Assembly: GCF_037042905.1 (NCBI RefSeq)
Contig: NC_087252.1
Location: 14,634,001-14,698,000, forward strand
From: Lytechinus pictus
Taxonomy: Eukaryota
DNA: 64,000 nt
Direction: 5' to 3'
The notes under the pieces were generated by a model. The model was not told the DNA's origin. It made no database searches and saw only the letters and a list, made by a program, of their open reading frames with translations. Each line of letters starts with the position of its first letter. Position 1 is the stretch's first letter. Both the position numbers and the translations under genes were made by a program. This document shows positions 48,407 through 62,704 of the stretch, in pieces.

Positions 48407-48688
48407 AAGAATCCCCGTTAAATTACGAGAACTTTTTTAGGCTGAAAAATCCATCTCTATGTTGAGCGCACAGATTAGACTTGCCCGCGAGCCGTTTCTT
48501 TCGTATTTCTGTGGATTTTGGCGGAGCTGCGGTGTAAATAAAAAATAAAGAATCCCCGTTAAATTACGAGAACTTTTTTAGGCTGAAAAATCCATCTCTA
48601 TGTTGAGCGCACAGATTAGACTTGCCCGCGAGCCGTTTCTTTCGTATTTCTGTGGATTTTGGCGGAGCTGCGGTGTAAATAAAAAATA
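48407..48688 (+). repeat. Apparently perfect 141-bp tandem duplication next to a 53-bp hairpin (48354-48406)
   Basis: Units 48407-48547 and 48548-48688 read identical by eye. Confidence 0.9.
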
Positions 48689-49686
48689 CGCGGCCGGGCC
48701 GTGGTCTACATTCCTTTGCTAATAACATTATTTTATGGAATCGATATTTGCTTTTACAAATTTTGCTTAAATAACTAAAATAATTTGAATTATTTGAAAA
48801 AAATTGAATAAAATAGAATATTAATCCAAAATCAATTTGATTTACCAGTATATCCCGTTTACCATAACAATGTACTGTAGTTCCAGAAGCTTGCTATTAA
48901 TTGCAGCTTATTTTATAATCAATCTACGAAATAAAATCCAACCCCAGACTGGAAGAATTATAAAGATCGGGAGGGTTGGGGCTCTAGGGGGATGGATGCC
49001 TCATCTTAAGCGAGATAAATATAAAAAATAAATTGATTAATATTTGTCTTCTAAGCTCAATATAGGGTCTACAAGTGAGATACTGGTCACGTGATATTGT
49101 TCTCGTTCATGAACAATTGTGAACGCTCCCTTTCACTGTGGATCCCCTTCTGTTTACATTGCTTATTCATTTTGTGTATGATCGCTAATCGTGTTACAGG
49201 GCCCTTGAAACGATATTTTTTTTCTGGAGGTGGTGATGTAAATTTGAAAAAGTACGTCATTTATTGGATACATCGTTCAATTTGTCCAAATCCATGACGT
49301 CTATCAGCATTCCAGGGGATGCTGCCCCCCCCCCCCCCCCAGCACCCTGGCTAGCTGCTCAGGGCCATGTGGTTAAAGAAAAATTGTGAACCCACTACAA
49401 TTTTCCCACTCCTTCATGCCGAACGTTGAATGTAGAAAGCAACACTACAATGTTCGGCGAACCCACATAAAAAAACTTAATTTAATGTAATGGAATATTT
49501 TATCACCTGACTTCACAATTGAATATATATAACATGACAGAACTTGAACACTTATAAATATGCTGATTTTTTGGTGAGGTTCACTAACTTTTAGCACCAC
49601 TGTAAGCCCCATTAGCAAAGCCCTATGTTGCCGACCCAAGGTCTTCTCTTTTTTTCAATCTCGTCCCAATTTATACACCTCATTAA

Positions 49687-50260
49687 AGGGATACTCCAGG
49701 CTGATGATATTTATATGTAAATGAATAGAGTAAAATTCACAGAGCAAAATGCTGAAAATTTCACCAGAATCGGACAACCATTAACGAAGATATTGAATTT
49801 TAAAGTTTAGCAATATTTTGTGAAAATAGTTATATATGCACGTCGTCATGAATATTCATTAGGTGGATTGATGATATCGCATCCCCATTTTCCTTTTTCT
49901 TATGTTATTGCATGACACTATAATTGTTAAAAAATTTTCATAAATGTGTAAATAATGTAATAATTACTAATATGCACTGAATCAGTTGTCAATTGTTTTA
50001 GTTCTTGGTATAATTTTTTTTTGTAAACATACTTTCATGTTGTAAAATACAAAAGAACAAGTGGGGATGTGACATCATCAGCCCATATAATGAATATTTA
50101 TGAAGACATGCCTCGAACTGTTTCACCGTCATAATGAAAATCTTTAAAATTTGTTATTTGTTATAGGCCCTATCCGTTTTTGATCAAATTTTCAGCATGT
50201 TGCTTTATGAATTTCACTTTATTTATTGAGATATAAATATCTCCAACCTGGAGTATCTCT
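49687..50260. mobile_element. Kolobok-type MITE
   Basis: TTAA-agggatactccaggctg ... caacctggagtatctct-TTAA. Confidence 0.8.
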
Positions 50261-50926
50261 TTAATATGTGTATTGAAGTTATGAGTAGTGCGATGATATT
50301 TCTAGATGACAAGGTAAGAAACAACAACAATAAAGAAGGAACCGGGGGATTTAAAAATGGGAAAAGGTATTAATTTTCCTCTATATTTCAATATATTCTT
50401 TTAAATGAAAAAAAAAGAAAAATTATAAAAGTTATCTATTTTACGGTCTATTCTCCGGTAAACAGAGAAGTTGACATGGGCTGGCATTTGACAATTTTAC
50501 TTTAAAGATTAAATGCTTGCACAAATCAAAATGGAACTTCAAATATTAGTGAAAAATTAGCTTTTTATGCTTCTATAATGGTGAATGGAATCTACATCTT
50601 GGTCGAAATTTTCGTCAGAGTATTTTACTTTTTCTCGCCAGATATTTTCAACGTCATGGATTTAGAGTTTGGTGTCATGGATGGTCATTATAGAAAATGA
50701 TCATCTTATTTTTTTTTTCATTTTTACACTTCTTAAAATGGTTTCTTAAATAGAATGCATCGTTGAATCATTTCAAGAAAAAATATTTACTTATTATTCA
50801 AGCTGATACACGTTTGCACTATTTGCATGAAACCATTCGCTGAACCTTCAGAAACATTTTTTTTTTGGAGGGGGGTTTAATAAGAGACTATCTAGACGAG
50901 TTATTCAGACTATTTATATATATTTA

Positions 50927-51190
50927 AGCGTTGTGTCCTATAGTGGAATAGTCTTCGGACTTTGACAAAGAAGGACATGGGTTCGAATTCCAGCCATGGT
51001 GTAATTTCCTACAGCAAGAAATTGATCCATAATGTGTTGCACTCAACCCAGGTGAGGTAAATGGTTACTATTACTAAGATTGTTATTATTATTATTATTA
51101 TTTTTGTTATTGTTGTTGATATTATCAATATTATTATTATTATCATTATTGTTGTTGTTATTATCAATATTATTATTATTATCATTATTA

Positions 51191-51225
<35 letters not shown>

Positions 51226-51295
51226 TTTGTTATTGTTGTTGTTGTTATTACTATTATTGTTCTTTTTGTTGTTATTATCAATATCATTATTCTAA
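50927..51295 (+). mobile_element. Truncated SINE followed by an expanded (TTA/TTG)n tract
   Basis: ggttcgaattcc B box and SINE core to ~51068, then triplet microsatellite. Confidence 0.75.
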
Positions 51296-54200
51296 CTTTT
51301 CTTAACAAATGTCATCATTGAAAATCGCAGATTAGAATTTTCAAGCCTTATCATGATTTCTATATATTTCCTTGTTTATTCATCTTTTCATTCATTGTTT
51401 ATCTACATTTATACTCAAAATTGAGCAGCGTTTTTTTTTTATTACAAATACATTTGTAAAAAAATAGTAATACATTAATAACTTTTGCCTGAAAACCACA
51501 ACATGACAAGATGGACATGAAATCCTCTAGTTTATGTAAAACCATTATGCTTATCATAGTGAAATAACTGAGCACAACTTGTACTGTTTTGACAAAGACC
51601 TGTATCTGTATATTAATTTCTAACAGGTGTTTTGTTACTATTTTTAATGTACTATCCATTCTCATGATAAGCACAGAGATTCAATTGTTTATCTCTAGGA
51701 CTTCTTGTATTATTGTAAGCAAATTGATATCATATTTCTTTTATCCCCTTCACCAATGATGAAAATAAATAAATAAACATCTATTATTATGCTTGCCCTA
51801 TCTGAAATATTGAATAATGAAGTAAAACAAACCGCTTCCAATAAACATGATAAATTCTGGTTCCAACTGGCCTGAAGGGAATTCCCCGTAATGATGTTGC
51901 AACAATTTTTAAGCTCTTTGATGGGAAGTACAGGATATCACATTTTCAGCCAATCACAGCCAATCATGTAACAACTCACTGTACACACCCATGCAGAGCT
52001 GGAGCGGAGCTGGAGTTGGCGGTGCGAATTGCAGTGCTGCATACCTTTTATCATTCTAACGTGGGCTTTCTATCGAGTGAACGTATATATGCACCCAACT
52101 GAAGATTCAATGGTTACTTTACTCTATCATCACATTGGTCATGATACAGAAATATATATGGTTTTCTTATCGATGGATATCGATGAATTTGATGGATAGC
52201 TTCTTACAATCATCTTCGGAGGACTACTGTGGGAAAAGGTTTATTATCCCGTTTTACAAACTGAACGAAATTAAGCGTTTCTAATTTGTTATGAAATCGA
52301 GTTTCGGTTGATTGTTACGCTTTCTGCGATTGGATCCAGAAAGGGATTTTCACGAGGAAGCTTTAGATTTCAGATTTTGTAGCAAATTGCAATGCATTTG
52401 CAAAGAACAACTAGTCCTTGAATTGCAAATTTCAAACTGTGTGTTGTTTGATCGAGGATGCTGCTACGTATACATGTCGGGTATTGGATTATAAGGACTG
52501 ATTTAAATACTTAATCTTTGTGACGAACAGATGTAGTGAAATTATTTCTCACTCATATTTGTGATTTACGGATTGGGAATTATTTTATTCGATGTCACTT
52601 TGAAACCTGCGTTTAGTTTGTCTGTTTTGAATTTAAAGATATATGTTTATACATTCTTGGTTGCGTTTGATCCATCATGAACAAAGGTGGATGGAATGTT
52701 GGTACATCTGTACATGATGTATTAAAGATCAACTCAGTTTTCAACATGTGAGTAGAAACTGCTTGTGTATATTTTTTGTTAAAAAATAAAGTATACAACA
52801 TAGAATAATGGTATAATGTCATATAATTATGTTTATGTATACGTGTCCTGTTATGTATGCACAGTAATTCACGTGTTGTATTTTGTTTTATTATGAACGA
52901 ACGTGTTTTTTATATAAATAATTTGGATTTCTTTCATCCCCCGTAGCTGTTCCTTGTATGTAAATTATGCTTGGTAGATAGTATACTTCGATATAACTGT
53001 AATGTATATCACTAGTTATCTAGTTATTATTTTTTTAACTGTTTGTTATTTAGCATTTTAATGATTGCACTTGTAGAAGTATACGCCTGGAAATCAGCCA
53101 TAGATCATATGTAGATATATAATATGAAAACTGTAATTATAACATCATCATGAGAAGGACCTATAATAATAATTATCTCAAAAAGCTATGTTCTCTTTAT
53201 GATCTTGTTCGTATCCCCTTAAGTTGCTAAAGAAACTTGAGAAACTCGATACTGTACAAACCTATTGGAAGTTTTAATGTATCATACTTATTAATGTATT
53301 TTGATTGGTAGAGAATTTAATAAACTGGATGCCTTCATTTTTTGCCAACATTTCTTTACCATCCCCTCTTTCGGTCTCATACCCCACTCCTTCCTGATTC
53401 ATGCCCACCAATACAAGTCAAGACTCTTGGCAATTACCTTCGATAAGAAGGTATTTATTGTAAAATTCCAAAATTTTAATCTCGGGTTAACCCCCAAATC
53501 ACACAATAATGTTGATGCGATGGGACAGGTTCGATTCCTGTGAGATTCCGATCATATCAATATTGATCACGAAGAATCTTCATTGGTGTCCATTCATAAT
53601 CATTATTGTGTTGAATATAGTCATTATATACAATCATTCTAAATGTCATGGATTATTGAGTGTCCCTATATTATCACTGATCTTTTCACAATGATATTTG
53701 TGTAATATTTGACCGTAGAAGTATAGGTAACTACAGGGTTTCATTTCTTATTCAGAAACCTAACTAATATTATGTAAATGAAATTCCATTTTAGATGCAA
53801 TAATAGAGGACGGCATGACTTGGCATTAAAAATTATCATTGATGTTTTCAGATTTTTGACTTGGTAAGAAATTGAGGAAGATACCTAATTTGCTATTATA
53901 ATGACGTATGTGTAATTATATTTTTGAAATTATCCTTGGGGAAACTGGGCTCAAACTTCAATTCTAGATCCAAAACAATCTTGATTCCTCATACATTTTA
54001 AGAAAATATTTTTTATAAAACTTCTACATTTTAGCGAGTCAGTTATTATTAAGATACTAAGCTTTTCCTAATTTTCTTTACATAATTTTATTTTTATTTC
54101 ATTTTTCACACGATATAACCCTCAGATTTCTTACTGTCCTTTCTGTAGCTCTCACATGACACTCCTGATTCCGAGTTTCAGATCTTACCCTTTCACTTCC

Positions 54201-55305
54201 CCCTCCCCCATTCTCACCGTCTCTCCCTCCCCTCTCTCCCTCCCCTCCCTGTCACCTTCTCTTATCCCTCTCCGAGTCTAACGGCTAAACCGATAGTTTC
54301 ATCTCCATTTTTATATTCTATCTTGTAATATTACATTGTATGAGATTTGTTTGTATTAAAATTTATATTACTTTGATTTTAGTTTTGTAACTATAAGATG
54401 TCAATTATATGAGCTCATAAAACTTTTTAATACAAGTACATGGGTACACGTATGTCGCTTAAAGGCATGTAGGAAACTATAACAAATTTGTCAATTCGCA
54501 AATACCGCCTGCAGAAAAAAAGGAAACTATAAGATGGAATGAAGAAGAGAAAGGAGAGAAAAAAGGGAAATAAAAAGCACGACAGTCGAAATATGAGACA
54601 GAGAAAGTGTGAGAGGAAGGGAGAGAGAGGGAGAAAATACAGTTTTATTATTTTGCCATTTCCTGTCGCTTTCTTTCTATAACAAATAGTTGCTAGATTA
54701 TTACAATTTCAGAAGAAGGAGGAAGAGGAGGGAAAAAGACGAAGAAGAAGAAGCTGAAGAAGAAAAGGAAGGAGAAGGAAAAGGAAGACTAGAAGAGGAA
54801 GACGAAGTAAACCGTCATGAATATCATTTCACTACCACCGTCATTATCACAAATTTTATCACCATCATCATTATCTTTATTGTCATCAGAGTCATCCCCA
54901 ACATCATTTTCATCACAACCATTCTTATCTCCGTTAATCTTAATGATCTACATTTTCATCTCAATCATCTTTAGCATCATCATTGTAATCATCGTAGTCA
55001 TCATCATCGTCATCACCACGCTCATCATCGTCATCATCACCATCATCATCGTCATCACCACCCTCATCACCACCATCATTATCATCATCTAATAACTATT
55101 ATCATCACCACCATCATCGTCATCATCACCATCATCATCGTCATCACCACCCTTATCACCACCATCATTATCATCATCTTAACTATTATTATCATCACTA
55201 TCATCTTAAAAATCATCATAATCATCACTATCACCACCCTCATCATCATCGTCATCACCACCCTCATCATCATCATCATCACTTTCATCATCATCATTAA
55301 TGTTG

Positions 55306-55600
55306 TGGAGCGTTGTGGCCCAGTGGATTAGTCTTCTGACTTTGAAACAGAGGGTCGTGGGTTCGAATCCCATGCAGCCATGGCGTAATTTCCTTCAGCA
55401 AGAACCTCATCCACATTGTGCTGCACCTAACCCAGGTGAGGTGAATGGGTACCCAGTAGGAAGAAATATTTTGAATGCTTGAGCGTCTTGGCAGCTCAGC
55501 TAAAGCCGGGGTAATAATATTAGCAGGGCCCGCTGGTAGAACAGTTTTCGAAACTGAAGTGGCTACCCTAGGTAAATATACCTATATTATTATTATTATT
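55306..55600 (+). mobile_element. Full-length tRNA-derived SINE (duplicate of 37117-37413)
   Basis: Same A/B boxes, core and tail. Confidence 0.9.
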
Positions 55601-56943
55601 ATCATCATCATCATCATCACCACCACCACCACCACCACCACTTTCATCATCGCCGTCATCATTATCTTATTTCTGGTTGCCAACCACGATTAAGCTCGAC
55701 TACCAATATTTGATATCCAAACATAACCCAATACAAACGACAGCTGTCAGGGCATTTAGCATAATAATTTAGTAAAGCATTGTTTTATAATTTCACATGC
55801 AATGCACAAGAGGAGTGAATATATAATCATTTTGTATTTATTGATCACTAGAGATTATTTTATTGCTTTGATTATGTAAGTCATTGTTATACAGTTATCA
55901 GTCGCGACAACAAATCATGACAATGAAAATCAGTATTGGGATAATTACCATATACACAAGATTAAACCTAAATCAATTTAATTTCATTTCACATCGATTC
56001 CATTTCATTTATTTCTACAATAACAGCAAAATTAATTTCGCACCTCAAAATTATTATAAAAAAATACACTTTACATTGCTTATGAAATACAACAATTCAA
56101 TACACATATCAAAGCAGTTGAATAATTATTAACAAACTAATTTGAGTAATTTGACAACTGTATTGGGGAGGAAAACTGCCCCCCCTGCACATAATTATCA
56201 TGTGAATCGGAATCATATCAATTGGTATCACATCAATCGAACACCGGCGAAAATCCGTTGTGGGGGGGGGGGGTAAATTATTAATACGACCAAGATATAT
56301 TCATTATTAATATATATTTTTTATGTCATTACAGATAGGAGTAATAGAAGCAGAGTATACCCTGTTAGGCAAGTTACCTTCTGAAAATCGAAGGAAAAAG
56401 CTGAATGAGTTCAATGAAAGAAATTTCGATTACCACATAATTTAGTACTCTAAAAGCAAAGTGTATATTTAGGTACAACGGTCTCATATTTTTTTTCTTT
56501 TTTTAGATGATGGAGTTTGCGCTTGTTATTGCTCTCTTTGCCAAGCAGTTCATAAATGCATTTGTTTCTTTTCTGGGTCCACATTATCATACACACTATG
56601 CTGTTTTGCGAATTCCCGTATTTCATCAGATATTACATCTAAATAAAGTAAATATCCAAGGTGTGTGATTATTGAAGTTATTCATAAACGAACGAGAAAT
56701 ATATATTACTAAATTCATCTTGTTCTCAGTCTGAAATGCAAACAAACACATTTTATCACTTTGTATATATTCTGTTAGAAATTATATTTTTTTGTTTTTT
56801 TTTATGGTCAATCGCAGCATAGGAAGATTATAGTAAAATATTTTAGGCACCTGTTTCAGAATATTGTGGATTGTCTAACCATTCACCCTACCCCTCTCCT
56901 GCCCCCCCCCCCTTCTCTCCCAACTAAAGAATATGATCCGTGA

Positions 56944-59900
56944 TCATTCCTCTGGTAACCCCAGAGAAACTTGCCTCCCTTCTTCAGATCGCAGTGGTCC
57001 CTAATAAATGAGAAATGAGAAAAGAATTTAGGTTAAAAAAAGATTTATACAAGTGACAACATCCATTACCATTTTATAATTTTGAAATGAATTATCATTG
57101 AATTGACTAATAGAGGATCAAATATTAATTAATTTTTAAAAACTTTTTGAGGTTTATAACACTTTGTAGACATAGTGTCACATGCACATTTACATAGATT
57201 TGTATATTTCCACGCTAACGTTGGCTAAAATTGCCCCCTCCCCATCCTATACACACAGAGACCTCTACGTCCACAGAGAAGAAGACAAAAGTGGGGATAG
57301 GAAAATAAAAATAAGCGCCGTATACTTACTATCTCGGACATTTCTTCATCGCGTGTCTCCGACCCCGAAGTTTCGGGAGCAGCGTCCAGTCCCACCACGA
57401 AGTTTCTTTCGTCCTGAGGCTGCACACCCACTGTCAAGACCTCTTTTTCTTCCTTAAAAGATGTAGAAAAGCAATTTCAAAGTAAATGATGAGATGGGGA
57501 GAGGACTATTTTATATGCGAGGAAAGAAAAAGAAATTTACTTTATTTCCTTTCTCCCGTCATATTGCATTCACAAAAAAAATGAAGAAGGTGAAACGGGT
57601 GGAATTAAAATAGCATTCATGCATAGGCCTATATTGTGTTAACAGCCATAACAAAGAATAGACCCCCCCCAAAAAAAAAAAGTGTTTACATACTTAATAA
57701 ATTTTGTATAAGTGGAATCAGTGGCGGACCGTGACCCGGAGGAGACAAAGCATTGGAGGGGCACTGTATTGTTTGTGAACAATACTGTGCCCCTCCAATG
57801 CTTTGTCTCCTCCGGGTCACGGTCCACCACTGAGTGGAATGATTAATTTAATATGAAATTTTGATAAGCCTATATTTTAGTAATACTTGTCTGATTTTGA
57901 GTTGGTCAGAGTATTAAAATAACACATAGAGGGCAGCATTCACGTTTATCAATTTTCTTCTTCAAGTATTATCTCCATTCGAAACCTTATTCATTATGTT
58001 TTATTTATTCAAATTGATTTTTATTATACTGTATGAAATAATTTTCTTAAACAATAAGGAATAATATGACAATGAGGTTATCCTTTTTTATTGATACACT
58101 CTGTAAATGCAAAGGAGCTAATCTGGTCCCTAATAATCACGCTCCTCCCAGTGCATGCAGAGTGAGATGAGAGACCAGTCGTCATGTAATGAGATTTCGG
58201 TCTTTCAAGAGTGAGTTTTCACCTTTTTTTAGGAGTGAAAGTGTGCATTTGTTTCCAGTTTCACTCTAATACCCCTTTCATATTGCGCTTTTAACCGGCG
58301 AACTTCACCGGCGAAGTTCGCCAGCGAAGGGGAAAGTGTCCAGTATGAAAGGTATACACAGGAAAACTTCACCGGTGAAGTTCGCCGGCGAACTTCTCCA
58401 CCTCTAGAGGTGGAGAACTTCACCGGCGAACTGTTTCACCGGCGAAGTTCGCCGGTGAAAAGGCCAGTATGAAAGCAAACCGGAGAACTTCTCCTCTTTA
58501 ATGACGTCAGAGGTCAATTTTTTTCTCTCCCGAAGTCCCCTGTACCGATATTCCGCGCGCGATAGTTGCAAGCTCAGCTGAATGCTATATGGCCAAGTAG
58601 ATACCCTCGAACATAATTTTTTTTACTAACAATATTTATTAAAAAGCACTTTTTACATGTATAAAATGCGCTAAAATATAAAGACAAGGTGATATTGTTT
58701 GTTTTATCGTAATACTTCCAAAATATGTTGTAATTAATTTTTTTGATACCTTTTTGTAATAGGTAACAAGTAATGTTTACAATTTTCTTTCGTTTGTTCT
58801 GCAATCGCCCGTTGACTTTCGCCGGGGAAGAAATGTCAGTGCGAAAGGGTACATTTTTTTCTTCGCCGGGGAAGTGAGGAATGCGAGGCGGAGAAGTTCG
58901 CCGGCGAAGTTCGCCGGTGAAAAATGAAGAGGGCAGTATGAAAGGTGTATAAAACTGAGAGATGAAAATTCACTCTTGAAAGACCGAAATCTCACTCCAT
59001 TTCGACGGGTCCCCTCATCTCACTCTAAGAGGAGCGTGATTATATTAGGGATCAGATTAGCTTCTTTGCATACTCACCTTCATTTTCAGCACGATTTCTA
59101 CTTCATTATTATGGACAGAAAATGAGATCTTGGTCGTGCGGGATGGATCGATTTCAAGATGGAAACCTGGACCCTTTATTGATATCTAGCAAAATATAAA
59201 CAAAGAAAAATACTGATTTAAAAAATTGATAAAAAAAACAAACACACCAATATACACGTCCCTCGACAAATCTCACATGAAAACATAAGCGAATTAACAT
59301 TTTTAGTGAATTACTACACAGCAAAAACTGTGGTGTTAACCGGTGTACATAGAGGACCACACCGGTTATTTAACACCGGTGTTAAATTGGTGGTGTTAGT
59401 TTTACACCTATAGGTGTTATTACAACACCTATGGCTGTTACATTTACATTCTTTGGTGTTATGTTCAATCTCTAGGGTGTTATTTTAACACCTCAGGGTG
59501 TGGTCCTCTATTAACACCAACTGGTGTCAGTTTTAACGCCACAGTTTTTACAGTGTACCAACGGAGAAATAAAAATTATACATATGAAAATATCTCCAAA
59601 TCAGTAAGTCCAAAGTGATTTTAACAACTATATAATTCCATCAGCAAAAATAATTCTTCACTGCCTTTAGTGTCTTATACTCTCTTATTCTATGACTATA
59701 CAATTTTAATTTTTTACCTTATTTTTGTCGTTGTCTCTGTCACTGGGGTAGGTGTTACGGTGCTGAGTTGACATTTCTATGCATGAAATGGAGAAAATTA
59801 GTTATGGAATTTTCCTTCAATGAAGTTCTTTATTCTCCAGAATTATACATTGTAATACATCAAATAACTCGTAAAAATACTTTTCTGCCCTATAATTATG

Positions 59901-60591
59901 ATCTGTCCCAACTTTGTTCTCTCTCTTCTCACCACATCACAGCTTAATTTCTACTAAACGTTTTTTTTTATGAGTTATTAATTAGCTATCCAACCATCAG
60001 TGTTTCTGTTTCTGCTTATGGTAACTCCCGTAGGAACTAGACAGGACAGCATTTTGCTGGTAAACATCAAGCTGGTATAATTACCTGGGAAACATTTTTA
60101 TGTGTAGGTTAATAAGTCATAATGGCTGACCTTATAGACGACAGATACTCTCGGGCATTTTTATGAAAGTGGTGACAATGGCAGAGTGGGGATTCGAACT
60201 CACAATCTTGTGATTGTGAGTCCAATGCTCTAACCACTCGACCCGTGTAATATTGTCACACCACTTACATCGTGTAATATTGTTATACCAGTTTTATTAT
60301 TTTTTGGGTCGATTTGTCTCTTCTCTATTTTTTCCTAATTTCCATTAAAAAAAAAGATAAACAAAAAGTCAGTGTAAAAATTATACATTACAAACTCTAT
60401 CAATCTATCCCGTGATATGATTTTTCTCTTTTGCCGAATCCGAGTCAATACTACATCGTATCGCATTTGATTTGTTTTTGTTAAGAGGGTACACGATGAT
60501 CAAAGTCCATTTCAATACACTAGCGGAAGAAATTATGTTTGTACATACCACGCAGCTCTGTAATACATACTGTATAACGGGATCATTTCCA
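56944..60591 (-). CDS. 3' exons of an unrecognised gene, copy B (60591-60549, 59185-59078, 57452-57330, 57000-56944), in frame; upstream exons would lie beyond the window
   Basis: GNDPVIQYVLQSCV|ISIKGPGFHLEIDPSRTTKISFSVHNNEVEIVLKMK|EEKEVLTVGVQ...EEMSEI|GPLRSEEGRQVSLGLPEE*; canonical splice sites, phases 2-0-0-0. Confidence 0.65.
57719..57832. mobile_element. 114-bp palindromic hAT-type MITE, only in copy B
   Basis: CAGTGG...CCACTG termini, 8-bp duplication AGTGGAAT; empty site near 39770. Confidence 0.9.
58270..58949. mobile_element. PIF/Harbinger MITE, only in copy B, nested in an older MITE
   Basis: TIR tacccctttcatattgc / gcagtatgaaaggtgta, TAA duplication, repeated ttcaccggcgaa motifs; empty site near 40201. 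Confidence 0.88.
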
Positions 60592-61786
60592 CTACAAGTA
60601 AATTGTTGATAAAATATAATGTACGATTTCTTCTTCATTTGGAGTCATTATATACATTGGAATAAAGTCAATAATAAGGTAATATAATGTGTTTTGTTTT
60701 AGTAGACATTTTATAAATTATTATCAGATAATTTCGCCTTAATCTGTCTGGTTATGTTGATAATAAAATGCCTTGGTTACATTCATTCGTCTTTCCCAGA
60801 CAATCTCACTGTGATTTGCATGATAATGATTTTCATTGCACTGTATATGTCTAAACTGATTACATAGACCAAGTATAAAACAATCATGAATTCATGACCT
60901 TGACTGACTGAAGGAAGGGCAGGAAATTGTTTTGTCAATGCACCCCCCCCCCTCAAAACAAAAATTACAATCATAATCATAATAATTATATTATTTTAAA
61001 GAAAATTGTTCATTACGTTATTGAAGATAATCTCACTAGTCGCATATACCCAGCAGGTTATAGCAGTGGTGTATTGAGTAACATTTTTTTTTTTTTTTTT
61101 TTTTTTTTTTTGGGGGGGGAAGGGGCAAGACATGACAAATGAGGCAAGATCTCTCTCCCTCAAAAAAACAAACAATAATTGTGAGAGGGCGAAGCGAGAA
61201 AAAAAAAACGTTGACAATTTTTAATTAAAAAAAATCAAAGTTTCTAATGTTTGTGGCAGAGTTTGAGATAAAATACAAAAGATGACACCTTTTTGGTTCC
61301 TTTCCTTTCCATTTCTCTTTTTTTTAATCCTTGGTCTTGTATTTTATCTTTTTTTTTTTTGGGGGGGGGGAGGGGGGCTCCAAGACCCGACGCCCCTCAT
61401 AATGAACACAAGTCGGTTATTCTAAACACTTATTTGAACTGTTAAAAACTACAAAGTGTGTTGTATGAAACTTAAACAAGGTTTTATTTTTTTATTCTGT
61501 AGACTAAGAGCACTCTATATTGGGATAAACGAAAATATCTTCACGCATTACCAGCAATTAAGTTTATGATTAGCAGACAATTCTTTGATTATAATTGTAG
61601 ATATTCTTTTTTTATTGTAATTGCAGCAAACTAGATTATATGATTCAATTCAATTCAATTCAATTCAATCATGGTTTATTTCGTATAAAAACAATAGATG
61701 TTACAAAGCCAGAAGGCTGAAATTAACATGTTTACAATAAAACGTTCACAAAGCATGGATAAAAGCAAACAATTACAATTTACAAT

Positions 61787-61820
61787 TTTTCCTTCCTTAT
61801 TCAGGCGATATAATAATTAT

Positions 61821-61852
<32 letters not shown>

Positions 61853-61971
61853 TTTTCTCCACTCACCTCTTTTAGATTTACCACATTTGCTTATTTACAT
61901 GTATACTATGGTTTCTTCATAATACACCCCCTCTCTTCTATATTAGCTTTTACCTTTTTAGGCAATTTGCT

Positions 61972-62003
<32 letters not shown>

Positions 62004-62704
62004 CCCTTCTATGTAGTCTTATGTTTTTTCCCGTCACACCTAGCGGATTACAATATCAGTTACACCATATGTGTATTTATATATTTTTTCATATACATTT
62101 CTTTTTTGGATATATTTATATACATTTCACTTATAGATACATATTTACACTTACCTTCTTCTCTTAGTTTGTTTAATGCTTTATCATATATACTTATATG
62201 TCTTTTGCACATTATCAGTTGTTCCCCATTCTTTTTCTTTTTTCCCCCACTCTTATGCACCATTTTATTAAGCCTTTCTTTGTAACCTGTTTGACCCACC
62301 TCTCACTAATTCTCTTGTTTTTCATCCCATTTTATCACTGTTTTGTTCCAGATCCTGTTTGATGTTGCCTGCCTCATTATTTTAATCCCTCTTGGCTTGA
62401 GGTCTTTTACTGGCCTTACTCACACTAACTTCCCTTTGTGTCTGCCTACTCCTTTTCTTTCATCCCCTTCACTAACCTGATTGGTCTTCTCTACTCACTA
62501 ATGCCCCTTTTGTCTCCTTGTTTCTAGTGTTGCTGTAGCTTGTTTGTGGTCTATATTATGGTTGTTCCACTTTATATGTTTGTCATTTTGCCTCCGACGA
62601 AGATTCTGCTAGGATCGAAAGCTTAGGCCCCTTTTTGACTTTCTAATTTACTCCATTGGCTCTCTTTTATTAGATAAGCAATTTTCAGCAGCTTCTTTTT
62701 GCCA
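61787..62704 (+). mobile_element. Penelope-like terminal-repeat insertion inside the LINE 3' UTR
   Basis: atttacaat duplicated at 61778-61786 and 62705-62713; last ~120 bp match 20781-20900; hammerhead-like motif at 62590-62628. Confidence 0.7.

Larger units (their letters stand above)
53820..61645 (+). repeat. Segmental duplication, copy B (similarity interrupted by the LINE at 61643)
   Basis: Colinear with 35565-43124. Confidence 0.95.

Noticed and set aside
53330..53640. Possible decayed LINE endonuclease (IDMIGIS-like) on the minus strand
   Set aside because: Too degenerate to support by eye
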